The notes under the pieces were generated by a model. That model ran no database searches and was not told the origin of the DNA. It worked only from the letters and a program-made list of their open reading frames with translations. Shown here in pieces: positions 11,249 through 21,803 of a stretch of DNA of 64,000 bases. The translations under genes were made by a program, and so were the position numbers. Origin of the DNA: Gammaproteobacteria bacterium (GTDB lineage: Bacteria; Pseudomonadota; Gammaproteobacteria; GCA-002705445; GCA-002716945); NCBI GenBank assembly GCA_038142325.1, contig JAYQJW010000002.1:747328-811327 (forward strand), given 5' to 3'. How positions within the stretch are numbered: position 1 is the first letter of the stretch; each line of letters begins with the position of its first letter.

Positions 11249-12157
11249 TCACCTCCTTGGGTGATATTTTTGATGAAATTTCATCAATCTATCTTTAGCT
11301 ATATGGGTATATATTTGCGTTGTAGATAGACTAGCATGTCCTAATAGCATCTGTACAGTTCTCAAATCAGCTCCATTATTAAGTAAATGTGTTGCAAAAG
11401 CATGTCTTAAATTATGCGGTGATAATTTTTTATCAATCAGAGATAATTTTGCATATTTTTGTATCATCTCCCAGCAGGCTTGTCTTGAAATAACGCTTCC
11501 GTTTGAATTAATAAAAAGAATGTCTGGATGAATAACAGATTTAATGCTTGTGCGATATCCATCAATATATGATATTAATAACTTCATAGCCACAGAGCCA
11601 ATAGGAACTAATCTCTCTTTGTTGCCTTTACCCTTTATTCTCAAGTATGGTTTATCAGTGGCTATCTGATTAATTTTGATTGTAAGTAACTCTGAGATTC
11701 TAAGGCCAGATGAATAGAGTAATTCAAGAATACATTTGTCTCTTAAGCCAGTGGCTGTTTTATCGTCCGGTGCACTTAATAATTTTTCTATCTCACTTTC
11801 AGAAATTATTGTCGGAAGTTTTCTTCTCTTTTTTGGATTTTCTATTAATGTTGAAGGATTATTTTTAATTAACCCATTATCATACAAAAATAAGTAAAAC
11901 GATTTGATACATGTAATAGTTCTCTGAATTGTGCTTACTGATAAACCGCTATCTAATTTGAAAGCAAGATAGTTATTTATAATCTCCCTATCAGCATCAA
12001 GTAGTGAGTATTCATTAGATCTTAACCATTGTAAATAAACCTTTAGATCAGACATATATGCGTCAGTAGTATTTTTTGACAAATTTTTTTTAAATGAGCT
12101 TTCGCTGCAATACTGTCTTATAAAATCAAGTTCTGTTGTATTATCAGATAAAGGCAT
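11249..12157 (-). CDS. xerD: Site-specific tyrosine recombinase XerD
   Basis: LLYSSGLRISEL, GKGNKERLVP, SPHNLRHAFATHLLNNGADLRTVQMLLGHASLSTTQIYTH; xerD-dsbC order. Confidence 0.92.
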   Translation of the reverse strand: MPLSDNTTELDFIRQYCSESSFKKNLSKNTTDAYMSDLKVYLQWLRSNEYSLLDADREIINNYLAFKLDSGLSVSTIQRTITCIKSFYLFLYDNGLIKNNPSTLIENPKKRRKLPTIISESEIEKLLSAPDDKTATGLRDKCILELLYSSGLRISELLTIKINQIATDKPYLRIKGKGNKERLVPIGSVAMKLLISYIDGYRTSIKSVIHPDILFINSNGSVISRQACWEMIQKYAKLSLIDKKLSPHNLRHAFATHLLNNGADLRTVQMLLGHASLSTTQIYTHIAKDRLMKFHQKYHPRR

Positions 12158-12218
12158 AATGTTTGATATAATTAATATAATATAGACTTCATGAAAAAAT
12201 TAAAAGATAACTGTTTTA

Positions 12219-13452
12219 ATGAATTTGATCCCAAATGCTCTAAGTATAGATGAGGCTCTATCGAATATCCTCAAGACAATAAAGGTAAAATCATCAAGTG
12301 AAAATGTACAGCTTAAGAATTCTTGTGATCGCATATTAGCGAAAGATATTCGATCTAAAATTGATGTGCCAAATTATAAAAATTCAGCTATGGATGGGTA
12401 TGCAATTAATATAAAAGATTTCTCAAATCAAAATAAAATCTTCAAGTGTGTAGGAGAATCATTTGCTGGTAATTCTTACACGAAAGCCGTAAAGCCAAAT
12501 CATGCCATAAAAGTTATGACAGGAGGCAATGTACCCAAAAGTTGTAACGCAGTGGTCATGAAGGAGTTAGTTGAAACAAATGAAGATGAAATAAAAGTCT
12601 TAGCGCCTATTGTCAAAGATCAAAACATAAGATTTCCAGGTGAAGATATAAGGAAAAATCAGGTTGTTCTCACCAAAGGAAAGAGGATCAATGAAATTGA
12701 TATAGGAATCTTAGCATCACTGGGCATTGCTACTGTTCCGGTATTTAAGATGCCTTTAATAGGGTTCATATCAACTGGAGACGAATTAGTAAGCATTAAA
12801 AGAAAATTAAAAAGAATCAGGTTTATGACAGTAATAGATATTTACTGCATGGTTTGCTAAGAAAATATCCTGTTGAATTAAAAGATTATGGTGTTGTCAA
12901 AGATAAATTATCGTCTATTGAAAAAAAATTTAGCGATGCATCTCAGAAATGTGATGTTCTCATTACAACAGGAGGTGTGTCAGTAGGTGATGCTGATCAT
13001 GTGAAAACTGCTTTGGATAATCTTGGAAAGATTAAATTTTGGAAGATATCTGTTAAACCTGGAAGACCTCTTGCATATGGTAAAATAAATAAATGTGCAT
13101 TCTTTGGATTGCCAGGAAATCCAGTTTCTGTCATTGTTACATTTAATCTTTTTGTTAATGCTGCAATTAATAAACTATGCGGTAAAAATTATGAGAATCA
13201 TTTATTATTAGAAGCAGAACTTATAGATGATATAAAAAAAGAAAAGGTAGAACGGAATATAAAAGAGGAATATTAATCAACAAAGATAATAAGTTATTTG
13301 TAAAAAAATCAGGTGCGCAAGGGTCTAATATCCTGTCTTCTCTAAAAGATGCAAATTGTTACATTAAGCTTGATTCAGAAATTGATAACTTAAAAAAGGG
13401 AATGAGGGTTAAAGTAATGCCACTAGCCTTATCAAGTAAACATTATGAATAA
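12219..13452 (+). CDS. moeA: Molybdopterin molybdotransferase MoeA; two apparent frameshifts (~12810, ~13235)
   Basis: NSAMDGYA, STGDEL, (Y)DSN, TTGGVSVGDAD, KPGRP, GLPGNPVS; third segment RTEYKRG..QGSNILSSL ends at TAA 13450-13452. Confidence 0.9.
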
Positions 13453-13828
13453 AAAAGTTGGGTTAATAAAAAGATTGTTAGTAAATTTTTATGATTTTAT
13501 ATTACTTTTTGCAGTTTTATACTTTTTTACAATACCGGTAATATTATTAACTGATGGAAATGCAGTACTTAATAGTATCGTCTATCAAATTTATTTAATT
13601 ACTATAATATTTTTTTATTACGCTTGGTTTTGGAAAAAATATAATCAAACTTTGGGTATGAAAATATGGAAAATTAAAATTTATAGTAGATACTCTTTAC
13701 ATGTGAGTTACGTACAATCGATAAAGAGGATTATTATTTCACTACTTGGTGGACATATTTTATTGTTAATTAAAGATGAATCTTTACAAGATATCATATC
13801 AAAAACATATTTAGAAAAAGTAGATTAG
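13445..13828 (+). CDS. RDD family membrane protein
   Basis: KRLLVNFYD, QTLGMKIWKIKI, LQDIISKT; usual neighbour of lptG. Confidence 0.85.
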   Translation: MNKKVGLIKRLLVNFYDFILLFAVLYFFTIPVILLTDGNAVLNSIVYQIYLITIIFFYYAWFWKKYNQTLGMKIWKIKIYSRYSLHVSYVQSIKRIIISLLGGHILLLIKDESLQDIISKTYLEKVD

Positions 13829-14894
13829 ATTGGGATATTTTTCTTAATTAAATTGTTAAAAAGAATTATTCCCGCAGCAATAAAAACAGCAATAGATAAA
13901 ATAACGCTTAAAAATGCAGGTATCCCAATAATTAAAGCAATATTTGTAATTAGACTAGTAATCACAAAGTAAGTAATACCAAATAAAATACCAAATAATA
14001 GTTTCTGGCTTTGATTAGTCGATCTAGTTTTTTGTAAACAAGAATGGCAAGCCTACAAATACAATCACACAACAGGAAAAAGGAAGGAGAATTTTTTTCC
14101 AAAAGATTACTTTATGATTTTCATATGGCAAAGCCTAAGTTATTATGAAAAATTATATTTTCGTAGAGATTTTCTATAGAGATATAACGTCTTTTAGTAA
14201 ATTGACTTGATAAAATTTCAAATGGTACAAATTCTTCACTAGATAAAAAATAAGTAGACATTTTTTCAAAATTAGAGTCTGCTATATCTAGAATCTCAAC
14301 ATCTTTTAAAATCCACTTATCACTATAATTAGCACTTTTAGCTGATAAAATAGAGGAAATACCGCCATCTCTAATGAAGTATATCTTGATGTTACTTAAT
14401 TGTTTATCAGAGATTACCTCGCCAATGTTTGTAACTTGATTCGATGTTCTGAACCATACACTCTTGTCTGAAACACTTTTATTTAAAGAAACATTTTTCA
14501 GCGTTTGCGCATCATTAGCATATTTTGGAGCAATTGAATTAGAAATTATTGTAAAAAAAGTTGAAATAACAAAAGTTTGCAAAAGAATAATTTTAAATAC
14601 CCTTTTGATTCCTATGCCATAAGAATTAATAGCTGTTAACTCAGAATGATAGGCCATTGATCCAAATGCTGTCATGCTTCCAATTAATAAAGCATAGGGA
14701 AATATGTCTAAGAAATTTTGTGGAATGAGAAATGCTATATAGTTAAATAAGATTGGGTAACTATATTCATGGTTTCCAATGTTTTTTAGTTCAGATAAAA
14801 ATATTATTAGTAAATTTATGCCTAATAAAACAATTATAGCTAAAAAGAAACTAACTAAATAATTTTTCAGCATATATCTTGAAATTCTATTCAT
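13825..14894 (-). CDS. lptG: LPS export permease LptG; two apparent frameshifts (~14130, ~14030)
   Basis: SELTAINSYGIG motif, follows lptF; C-terminal TM segments continue in other frames to TAA at 13825. Confidence 0.85.
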
Positions 14895-14903
14895 ACTAAA
14901 GTC

Positions 14904-15935
14904 TTACCTTGATTTACTCGCATACATGTAATAAGCAATAAAAATAAAAAAGGTGTGAGTAATAAATGCGGATATCAATAGAGATATTTCCGTATTAAAT
15001 GATTGTGTCATTATATTGATTAGAACGATATAGCTGAAATATAAAATAGCTCCAATGAAAACGTTTTTATATTTTTCATTTTTTCTAAAAAAACTGCTCA
15101 ATGGAATTGCAATATAAGCAAGTATTATTCCCGAAATAATTACAGAGAATCTATTCAATATTTCTGCAAGTTCAGATAAATTGATACTTCTAAATAATTC
15201 GAATATTGATTTAGATTGTAGATTATTGTTATTTAATTTAGGCATCGTATTAGTAATGAGCATGTTCTGTGATTCATAATCTGTTGAGCTAAAACTTCCA
15301 TCAGAATCAAATGAGTATGCTTTACCATCCTCAAGAATAATTTTTTTATCATCTGAGGATTTAATTCTAGATGATATATCAATTCTAGTTGTTAGATTAG
15401 AAGTAGATTTAATAAATATATTACCTGGCTTAGTTGAATTTTTTTGTGTAATATAAACCACTCTTGAACCATCATTACTAATATTAAAACTTCCCTCGTT
15501 AAGTGTATAAATTTTCTGTTCATGAGTTATTTGATGTTGTACTTGAGTTCTAAGCTCAAGCGCTTTTGGAGATAATATCAATTCTAGTAAACTCATGATA
15601 ATGATAAAAATTAAAATTAGCTTGGTTAATATTTTTGCTAATTCAAAGTTAGAGATACCATTTAACTGCATAATGATCATTTCATTTGATGTGTATAGTC
15701 TGTTAAGAGAGATAATGATTCCAAAAAAAAGACCTAGGGATATTATTAATGGTGAATACTGGACCATTTTTAAAACCAACAATTTGATTAAAAAAATAGA
15801 TGCAATATCTCCATCATTAACATCCTCTACTAATCTCAGACCTGTATTAGCTAGGAGTATTAGAAATAAAATTAAAAATACTGCCAGAGATGTTCTAGCG
15901 CAGTTTTTGTATAAATATTGACTAATTAAATTCAA
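14904..15935 (-). CDS. lptF: LPS export permease LptF
   Basis: RLYTSNEMIIMQLNGIS motif; divergent from pepA as in other gammaproteobacteria. Confidence 0.85.
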   Translation of the reverse strand: MNLISQYLYKNCARTSLAVFLILFLILLANTGLRLVEDVNDGDIASIFLIKLLVLKMVQYSPLIISLGLFFGIIISLNRLYTSNEMIIMQLNGISNFELAKILTKLILIFIIIMSLLELILSPKALELRTQVQHQITHEQKIYTLNEGSFNISNDGSRVVYITQKNSTKPGNIFIKSTSNLTTRIDISSRIKSSDDKKIILEDGKAYSFDSDGSFSSTDYESQNMLITNTMPKLNNNNLQSKSIFELFRSINLSELAEILNRFSVIISGIILAYIAIPLSSFFRKNEKYKNVFIGAILYFSYIVLINIMTQSFNTEISLLISAFITHTFFIFIAYYMYASKSR

Positions 15936-16011
15936 TGTAGCAATTACATGATTAGATAAAAAATGTTAATCTAAAGCTCTAGTTAGTATAACTTTATTAT
16001 AAGGAAATATC

Positions 16012-17454
16012 ATGAAATACATCAAATTTAACAAGAGTAAAAGCAATGATCTTAATATAATTTTCATCTATCAGGATATGCTTTCTGCATTAGACAAATC
16101 TATAGGTAAAGTACCCGTATTAGATGATATTAAATTATCTATTGCAAATAAAGTAACTACAGGAAAAATGGGAACTTGTGATGTATTCAGCAGTAAAGCT
16201 GGCAACTCAAGCTATTGCCTTATAGGTTTGGGCAGTCAAAAGGATCTAAACATCCAGATTTATGAGAAGTGCCTAAAGAATGCGATGAAAAAAATCAAAG
16301 AATTTAAAATGTCTAGCATGTGTGTGGATTTAACAAACATAAAAATTAAAAATTATGATGTTATCAAAGGCTCTATTATAGAAATTGAGAAATCTCAATA
16401 TTCATACAAACAAGAAATCAAAACTAGTTTAAAACAATGTCAATTGATTGTTAATAAGAGCACTGATACCAGAGAATTTAATAAAACAGTAATTGAATCT
16501 CTTGCAATATCAAATGGTATAAACAAGTCAAGAATGTTAGGTGATACACCTTCAAACATATGTAATCCCACATTTCTTGCAAAAGAAGCAAAAAAATTAG
16601 AGCGCATTAATTCAAATATAAAAGTAGAAGTTTTAGATGAAAAGAAAATGCGTTCTTTAAAAATGGGTTCATTATTATCCGTTTCACAAGGTAGTAAGCA
16701 ACCAGCGAAATTAGTAATAATAAAATATACGCCTCTAAAAAATAAACAGCCTATAGTCCTTGTTGGTAAAGGTATCACATTTGATACTGGCGGAATTTCA
16801 ATCAAACCTTCGGCAAATATGGACGAGATGAAATACGATATGTCAGGTGCGGGTTCTGTAATTGGAACGATGCAAGCATGTGCAGAAATGAAATTGAAAA
16901 ATAATGTTATTGGAATACTTGCTTGTGCTGAAAACATGCCGGGTAGTCAAGCCACTAGACCTGGAGATGTTGTGACAAGTATGTCAGGTATAACTATTGA
17001 GATTCTAAATACAGATGCAGAGGGAAGATTAGTCCTTTGTGATGCTCTAACATTCAGTAAAAAATATAAGCCAAGATACATACTAGATATGGCGACATTA
17101 ACAGGAGCGTGTCTTGTTGGGCTTGGTAAATATCCTTCTGGATTATTTTCTAATAGTGATGAACTCAGTGATAAAATTAAAAAATCATCTGACAGAACCG
17201 GTGATCGTGTCTGGCAACTTCCACTATATCAAGATTATTTTGAGGAACTTAAGACAAACTTTGCAGATATTCAAAATATTGGCGGAAGATATGGTGGCGC
17301 TATCACGGCAGCAGCATTTCTAGCTCATTTTACTAAAGATGAAAAATGGGCTCACTTAGATATTGCCGGAACTGCTTGGGAAGTTGGTCCTGATAAAGGC
17401 TCTACTGGAAGACCTGTGAAGCTACTAACTGATTTCGTAATATCAAATAAATAA
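16012..17454 (+). CDS. pepA: Leucyl aminopeptidase
   Basis: VGKGITFDTGG, MKYDMSG, NTDAEGRL, WAHLDIAG. Confidence 0.95.
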   Translation: MKYIKFNKSKSNDLNIIFIYQDMLSALDKSIGKVPVLDDIKLSIANKVTTGKMGTCDVFSSKAGNSSYCLIGLGSQKDLNIQIYEKCLKNAMKKIKEFKMSSMCVDLTNIKIKNYDVIKGSIIEIEKSQYSYKQEIKTSLKQCQLIVNKSTDTREFNKTVIESLAISNGINKSRMLGDTPSNICNPTFLAKEAKKLERINSNIKVEVLDEKKMRSLKMGSLLSVSQGSKQPAKLVIIKYTPLKNKQPIVLVGKGITFDTGGISIKPSANMDEMKYDMSGAGSVIGTMQACAEMKLKNNVIGILACAENMPGSQATRPGDVVTSMSGITIEILNTDAEGRLVLCDALTFSKKYKPRYILDMATLTGACLVGLGKYPSGLFSNSDELSDKIKKSSDRTGDRVWQLPLYQDYFEELKTNFADIQNIGGRYGGAITAAAFLAHFTKDEKWAHLDIAGTAWEVGPDKGSTGRPVKLLTDFVISNK

Positions 17455-17455
17455 C

Positions 17456-17896
17456 TTGAAAAGCACTGCTAATTTTTATTCGCTGAACAAAAGTCAAAAT
17501 CTTCATTTGTCTGTTTGTTTCCTTGCAAGAAAATTATATAAGACTGGGCGTAAAATCGTAATTATTGATGTTGACGATAATCTAGAAAAAATAGATAAAC
17601 TACTTTGGACTTTTGAACAAAACAGTTTTTTACCCCATAAAATCTATAAGTCAGATACTTGTTTTGATACACCAATTATTCTCGTATCAGCAACATATCC
17701 TGATAAACAATCTATACTAGATAAATACGACTCAATAATAAATATTTATGAAAAGCCAGTCATTGATAAAATTGATGATAAATCAATATATGAATTTGTT
17801 GAGAATATTGAGAATAGAAAAGAAATTAGTAGAAAAAAATATACTTTATATAAAAATAATAACTTTGTATTAAACCATAAAGAGTTCAATGAATAA
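17456..17896 (+). CDS. holC: DNA polymerase III chi subunit
   Basis: IDKLLWTFEQNSFLPH motif; between pepA and valS. Confidence 0.88.
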   Translation: MKSTANFYSLNKSQNLHLSVCFLARKLYKTGRKIVIIDVDDNLEKIDKLLWTFEQNSFLPHKIYKSDTCFDTPIILVSATYPDKQSILDKYDSIINIYEKPVIDKIDDKSIYEFVENIENRKEISRKKYTLYKNNNFVLNHKEFNE

Positions 17897-20622
17897 ACAA
17901 TATAAACCACAAGAGATAGAACAAGCCATTTATGATGAATGGGAAAAAAATAAATGTTTTTCTCCAAAACAGTCTTCATCTAAATTTTCCATAGTGCTTC
18001 CCCCACCTAATGTGACAGGTACTCTTCACATGGGTCATGCATTTCAACATACAATCATTGATATTCTTGTAAGATATCATCGAATGCTTGGAAAAAGTGT
18101 ATTATGGCAGCCTGGTACTGACCATGCAGGTATAGCTACTCAGCTTGTTGTTGAAAATAGGATTAAAAATACTGGAAGAGATGTTAAAGCTCTCAGCAGA
18201 GAAGAGTTTATTGATGAAGTTTGGGAATGGAAAGAATTATCTGGCAACACAATCATAAATCAAACAAAAAGAATTGGTTCTTCTGCAGATTGGTCAAGAA
18301 ATAGATTCACGATGGATGATGGATTGTCTAAAATCGTGGAAGATGTTTTCATTTCTTTATACGAAGAAAAGCTAATATATAGAGGAAACCGATTAGTAAA
18401 TTGGGATATTAAATTACAGACTGCTGATTCTGATTTAGAAGTTGTTAATAAAGGCCAGGATGGATATTTATACTACCTAAGATATCAATTAAAAGATTCG
18501 AGTGATTCTATTGTAGTAGCTACTACAAGACCAGAGACATTCTTTGGTGATTCTGCAATCTGTATAAATCCTGAGGATACAAGATATAAACATCTTATAG
18601 GTAAAGAAATTGCCCTGCCAATGATCAAAAGATACATACCGGTTATACAAGATGAATTGGTTGATATGGATTTTGGTACTGGATGTCTAAAGATAACTCC
18701 AGCACATGATTTTAATGATTACAAAGTTGGTAAAAAACATAATCTTAATTTTATTAACATCTTGAATAAAGACGGAACATTAAATGAAAATGTTCATGAA
18801 AAATATATAGGTAAAAATATTCATACAGTTCGCGAGGAACTTGTTAATGATTTAGAAAAAGAACAAATATTAGTTAAAAAAGATAAATATCAGAATACTG
18901 TTCCAATAGGTGAGAGAACAGGTGAAATAATTGAACCTTTACTCACAAATCAATGGTTTATGAGCATGAGTTCTCTAGCAGAAAAAGGCGTAAAAGTTGT
19001 TGAAGATAAAAAGGTAAATTTTGTTCCTAAGCATTGGGAAAAAATCTATTTCAATTGGCTTAGAAATATTGAGGATTGGTGTGTAAGTCGACAAATTTTT
19101 TGGGGACATAGAATACCTGCTTGGTATGATGATGATGCTAATATTTACGTCGGTAAGAACGAAAAGGAAATTAGAAATAAATATAAATTAGCTGATAATA
19201 TAAACTTAACACAAGATTCTGATGTTCTTGATACATGGTTTTCATCTTCACTCTGGCCCTTTTCAACACTAGGATGGAAAGATGATGATAGTGTGTTTGA
19301 AAAATATTTTCCTACAAACCTTTTAGTAACAGGTTTTGATATCATTTTCTTTTGGGTTGCAAGAATGATAATGATGAGCATAAAGTTTACGGATAATATT
19401 CCATTTAATAAGGTTTATATTCATGGATTAGTCAGAGATTCAGAAGGTAAAAAAATGTCTAAATCAATTGGTAATGTAATAGATCCCTTAGATGTGATTG
19501 ATGGTATTTCTCTTGATAAACTTCTTGAAAAAAGGACAGCTAGTTTACTCAATGAAAAGCAAAAAGCAGATGTAATAAAAAAAACTAAAAGAGATTTTCC
19601 CTCTGGAATAAGGGAATATGGTGCTGATGCATTGAGATTTAATTTTTGCGCTATGGCTTCTACTGGTAGGGATATAAACTTCGATTTAAATAGAATAGAA
19701 GGGTACAGGAATTTTTGTAATAAAATTTGGAATGCTTCAAGATATATTCTCATGTCTTGTGAAGGTTTTAATTACCAAGAAAAAATTAATCCCAACGACT
19801 CTAGTATCTTTGATAAATGGATTTTATACAGCCTAGATAATGTTGTGAGTGACTTTAAAAAATATACAACAACTTATAGATTTGATTTAATGGCTAATGG
19901 TATCTACGATTTTGTTTGGAATGAATATTGTGACTGGTATCTTGAAATTTCTAAACATAATATGAATGATGTAACAAAAAATCATCTTATTTTTTCAATA
20001 TTAAGAATTATAAAATTATGTCATCCAATTATACCTTTTATAACAGAAAGTATTTGGAAAGAGTTTTATAAATGTAAATTTGTATCTGAGAAAATGCTCA
20101 TTAATAGTAGCTTTCCATCTCAAATAAGAATTTCTAAAGAAGATGATGTTGAGGCTAGAGTAAATCGTATCAAGAGAAATAATAAAAAAAATTAGAAAAA
20201 CAAGAACAGAGTTAGGTATACATCCTAAACAAATCATTAGTATAAATGTACATATTAAAAAATCAGAAATAAAAAATGATGTTACAGAACATCAAAGCCT
20301 AATTGAGTCGATGACTAATACAAATATTGATATCACAGCTGAGCAATCAGATGTAAATGAATATATTGATTTAATCGATGATAACTATACTCTATATTTA
20401 AAAATTAGAAATTTAATTAATGTTCAGGAAGAAATGAAGAGAATAGATAAAAAGCTAATAGAGCTCGAAGCAATCGTTACAAAGATAAATTCTAAGCTGA
20501 ATAATAAGAGTTTTATAGAAAAAGCTCCAAGTGAAATAATAAATCAGAATATTTCTAACAAAAGCAAGATTGAGAACGACATATTATCTCTTAATAATCT
20601 TCGTAAAACTTTATCTAATTAA
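17889..20622 (+). CDS. valS: Valine--tRNA ligase; apparent frameshift near 20175
   Basis: PPPNVTGTLHMGHA, KMSKS, DVLDTWFSS; C-terminal coiled coil KLNNKSFIEKAP in the downstream frame. Confidence 0.95.
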
Positions 20623-21579
20623 ACTATATAATCTTTCAAGCGTTAGTCTAAAACTCGTTAAATCATTTGTGATGTTAATATTTAACTGATTCGTTAATTG
20701 CTTATACTCATTGCATTCTGAACCAATAAGAATAATATCCTCTGTCTTATCTGCATTTTCACGAATATGTTTAATTTCATATATCTTTCTGGCAATATCT
20801 CTTGGATTATTTATTGCTAAAACAACTAACTGTGCTCTCACATTTGTCGCCGCATATGTTATCTCATCATGGGGTACTCCATTACCAATATATGTGATAT
20901 CCCAGCCAACATTCTGTGCAACAATCAAATGCATTATTGTGTCTAATGATTCGTGTTCAGAGAGTAAAGATGCCAATACTAGGCGTGGGCAGTCCTCTTT
21001 AGACGATCTTAATTTTAAATACAAATTATTTAAACAAGTTCTTATGCTTAATTTGGACATTTTTTCTTGCGCATATCTAATGCTGCCTCTAGAACATTCG
21101 TCATTAATATAATTGCTCAATGGTTTTATAAACTCAATTAGAAAATCATTAGTGTTTAAAATGGCAACTGCATTAGATAATACATTATCTAATTTCCAGC
21201 TATTCATTTCTTTTATACATGAAATTGATTCATCAAATAATTCCATTACAGTACCTGTGCTAGGCCTTTTGTAACCAACAGAGAAATTAGATTCATCACC
21301 CATTACTAATTCAAACAAATCATCGTATGATAAAGATGCAATATCTCCAATGCGCCTTCCTGCAGCAATTGCTCTTTTAAGTAATGTTAGCTTGTCGATA
21401 TCTTTATCTGAGTATAACCTTCTGTTTGTATCATTACGTTGTGATACCACAGCTTGGTATCTCTTCTCCCACACTCTAATTACATCAGAACTTAAACCCG
21501 TTCTTCGATTGACAACTTGTATGAGATGTCTAGGTTTTGCAGATAAATCTTCTTTCATTTGTGAAATATTCAGGGACAT
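20611..21579 (-). CDS. MerR-family regulator with cobalamin-binding-type domain (CarH/LitR-like); start uncertain (21558, 21579 or GTG 21747)
   Basis: MerR HTH IQVVNRRTGLSSDVIRVWEKRY..R...NRRLYS; helical bundle then Rossmann-type segment SEHESL..GWDITYIGNGVP. Confidence 0.8.
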   Translation of the reverse strand: MSLNISQMKEDLSAKPRHLIQVVNRRTGLSSDVIRVWEKRYQAVVSQRNDTNRRLYSDKDIDKLTLLKRAIAAGRRIGDIASLSYDDLFELVMGDESNFSVGYKRPSTGTVMELFDESISCIKEMNSWKLDNVLSNAVAILNTNDFLIEFIKPLSNYINDECSRGSIRYAQEKMSKLSIRTCLNNLYLKLRSSKEDCPRLVLASLLSEHESLDTIMHLIVAQNVGWDITYIGNGVPHDEITYAATNVRAQLVVLAINNPRDIARKIYEIKHIRENADKTEDIILIGSECNEYKQLTNQLNINITNDLTSFRLTLERLYSLIR

Positions 21580-21595
21580 TCCCTTGTTGTTGTTA

Positions 21596-21635
21596 ATTAT
21601 TGCTTTATCCATAGCTTTTGTCAATCCTTTGTCTA
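21596..21635 (-). promoter_or_regulatory. Putative sigma70 promoter of the MerR gene with overlapping 11-bp-spaced repeats
   Basis: Minus strand TTGACA (21619-21624), 17 nt, AATAAT (21596-21601); TAGACA (21630-21635) exactly 11 bp upstream of the -35. Confidence 0.55.
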
Positions 21636-21695
21636 TTATTAGACGAACAGTATCACTATTTAATCTGTTTGTATATATTTTGTTCATTTTTTTTA

Positions 21696-21724
21696 TTGAC
21701 ATGTCTATATTATTCAGATATTGT
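21696..21724 (+). promoter_or_regulatory. Putative sigma70 promoter driving a divergent small transcript
   Basis: TTGACA 21696-21701, 17-nt spacer, TATTGT 21719-21724; T-rich tract upstream. Confidence 0.6.
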
Positions 21725-21729
21725 CTTAG

Positions 21730-21803
21730 ACAGGATGTAGACAACACGTCATATCCCCACCCCTTTAATGAAAGGCCGAATTTACCCCCTTCGGCCTTTT
21801 TTT
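21730..21803 (+). ncRNA. Candidate small regulatory RNA (~73 nt)
   Basis: Bounded by the promoter above and an intrinsic terminator; 5' hairpin GAUGU/ACGUC, single-stranded CCCCACCCC, no protein ORF. Confidence 0.5.
21771..21803 (+). terminator. Intrinsic terminator; strong on + strand, weaker on - strand after dinB
   Basis: AAAGGCCGAA-tttaccccc-TTCGGCC-TTTTTTT; only three U follow the stem on the minus strand. Confidence 0.85.

Noticed and set aside
11249-12157. Tyrosine recombinase as a prophage or island integrase
   Set aside because: Sequence and xerD-dsbC context match housekeeping XerD; no att repeats or cargo genes.
21757-21763. Complementarity of the sRNA CCACCCC to the 5' GGGGUGG of tRNA-fMet
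   Set aside because: Only 7 nt, and the target is mostly locked in the acceptor stem; likely coincidence.
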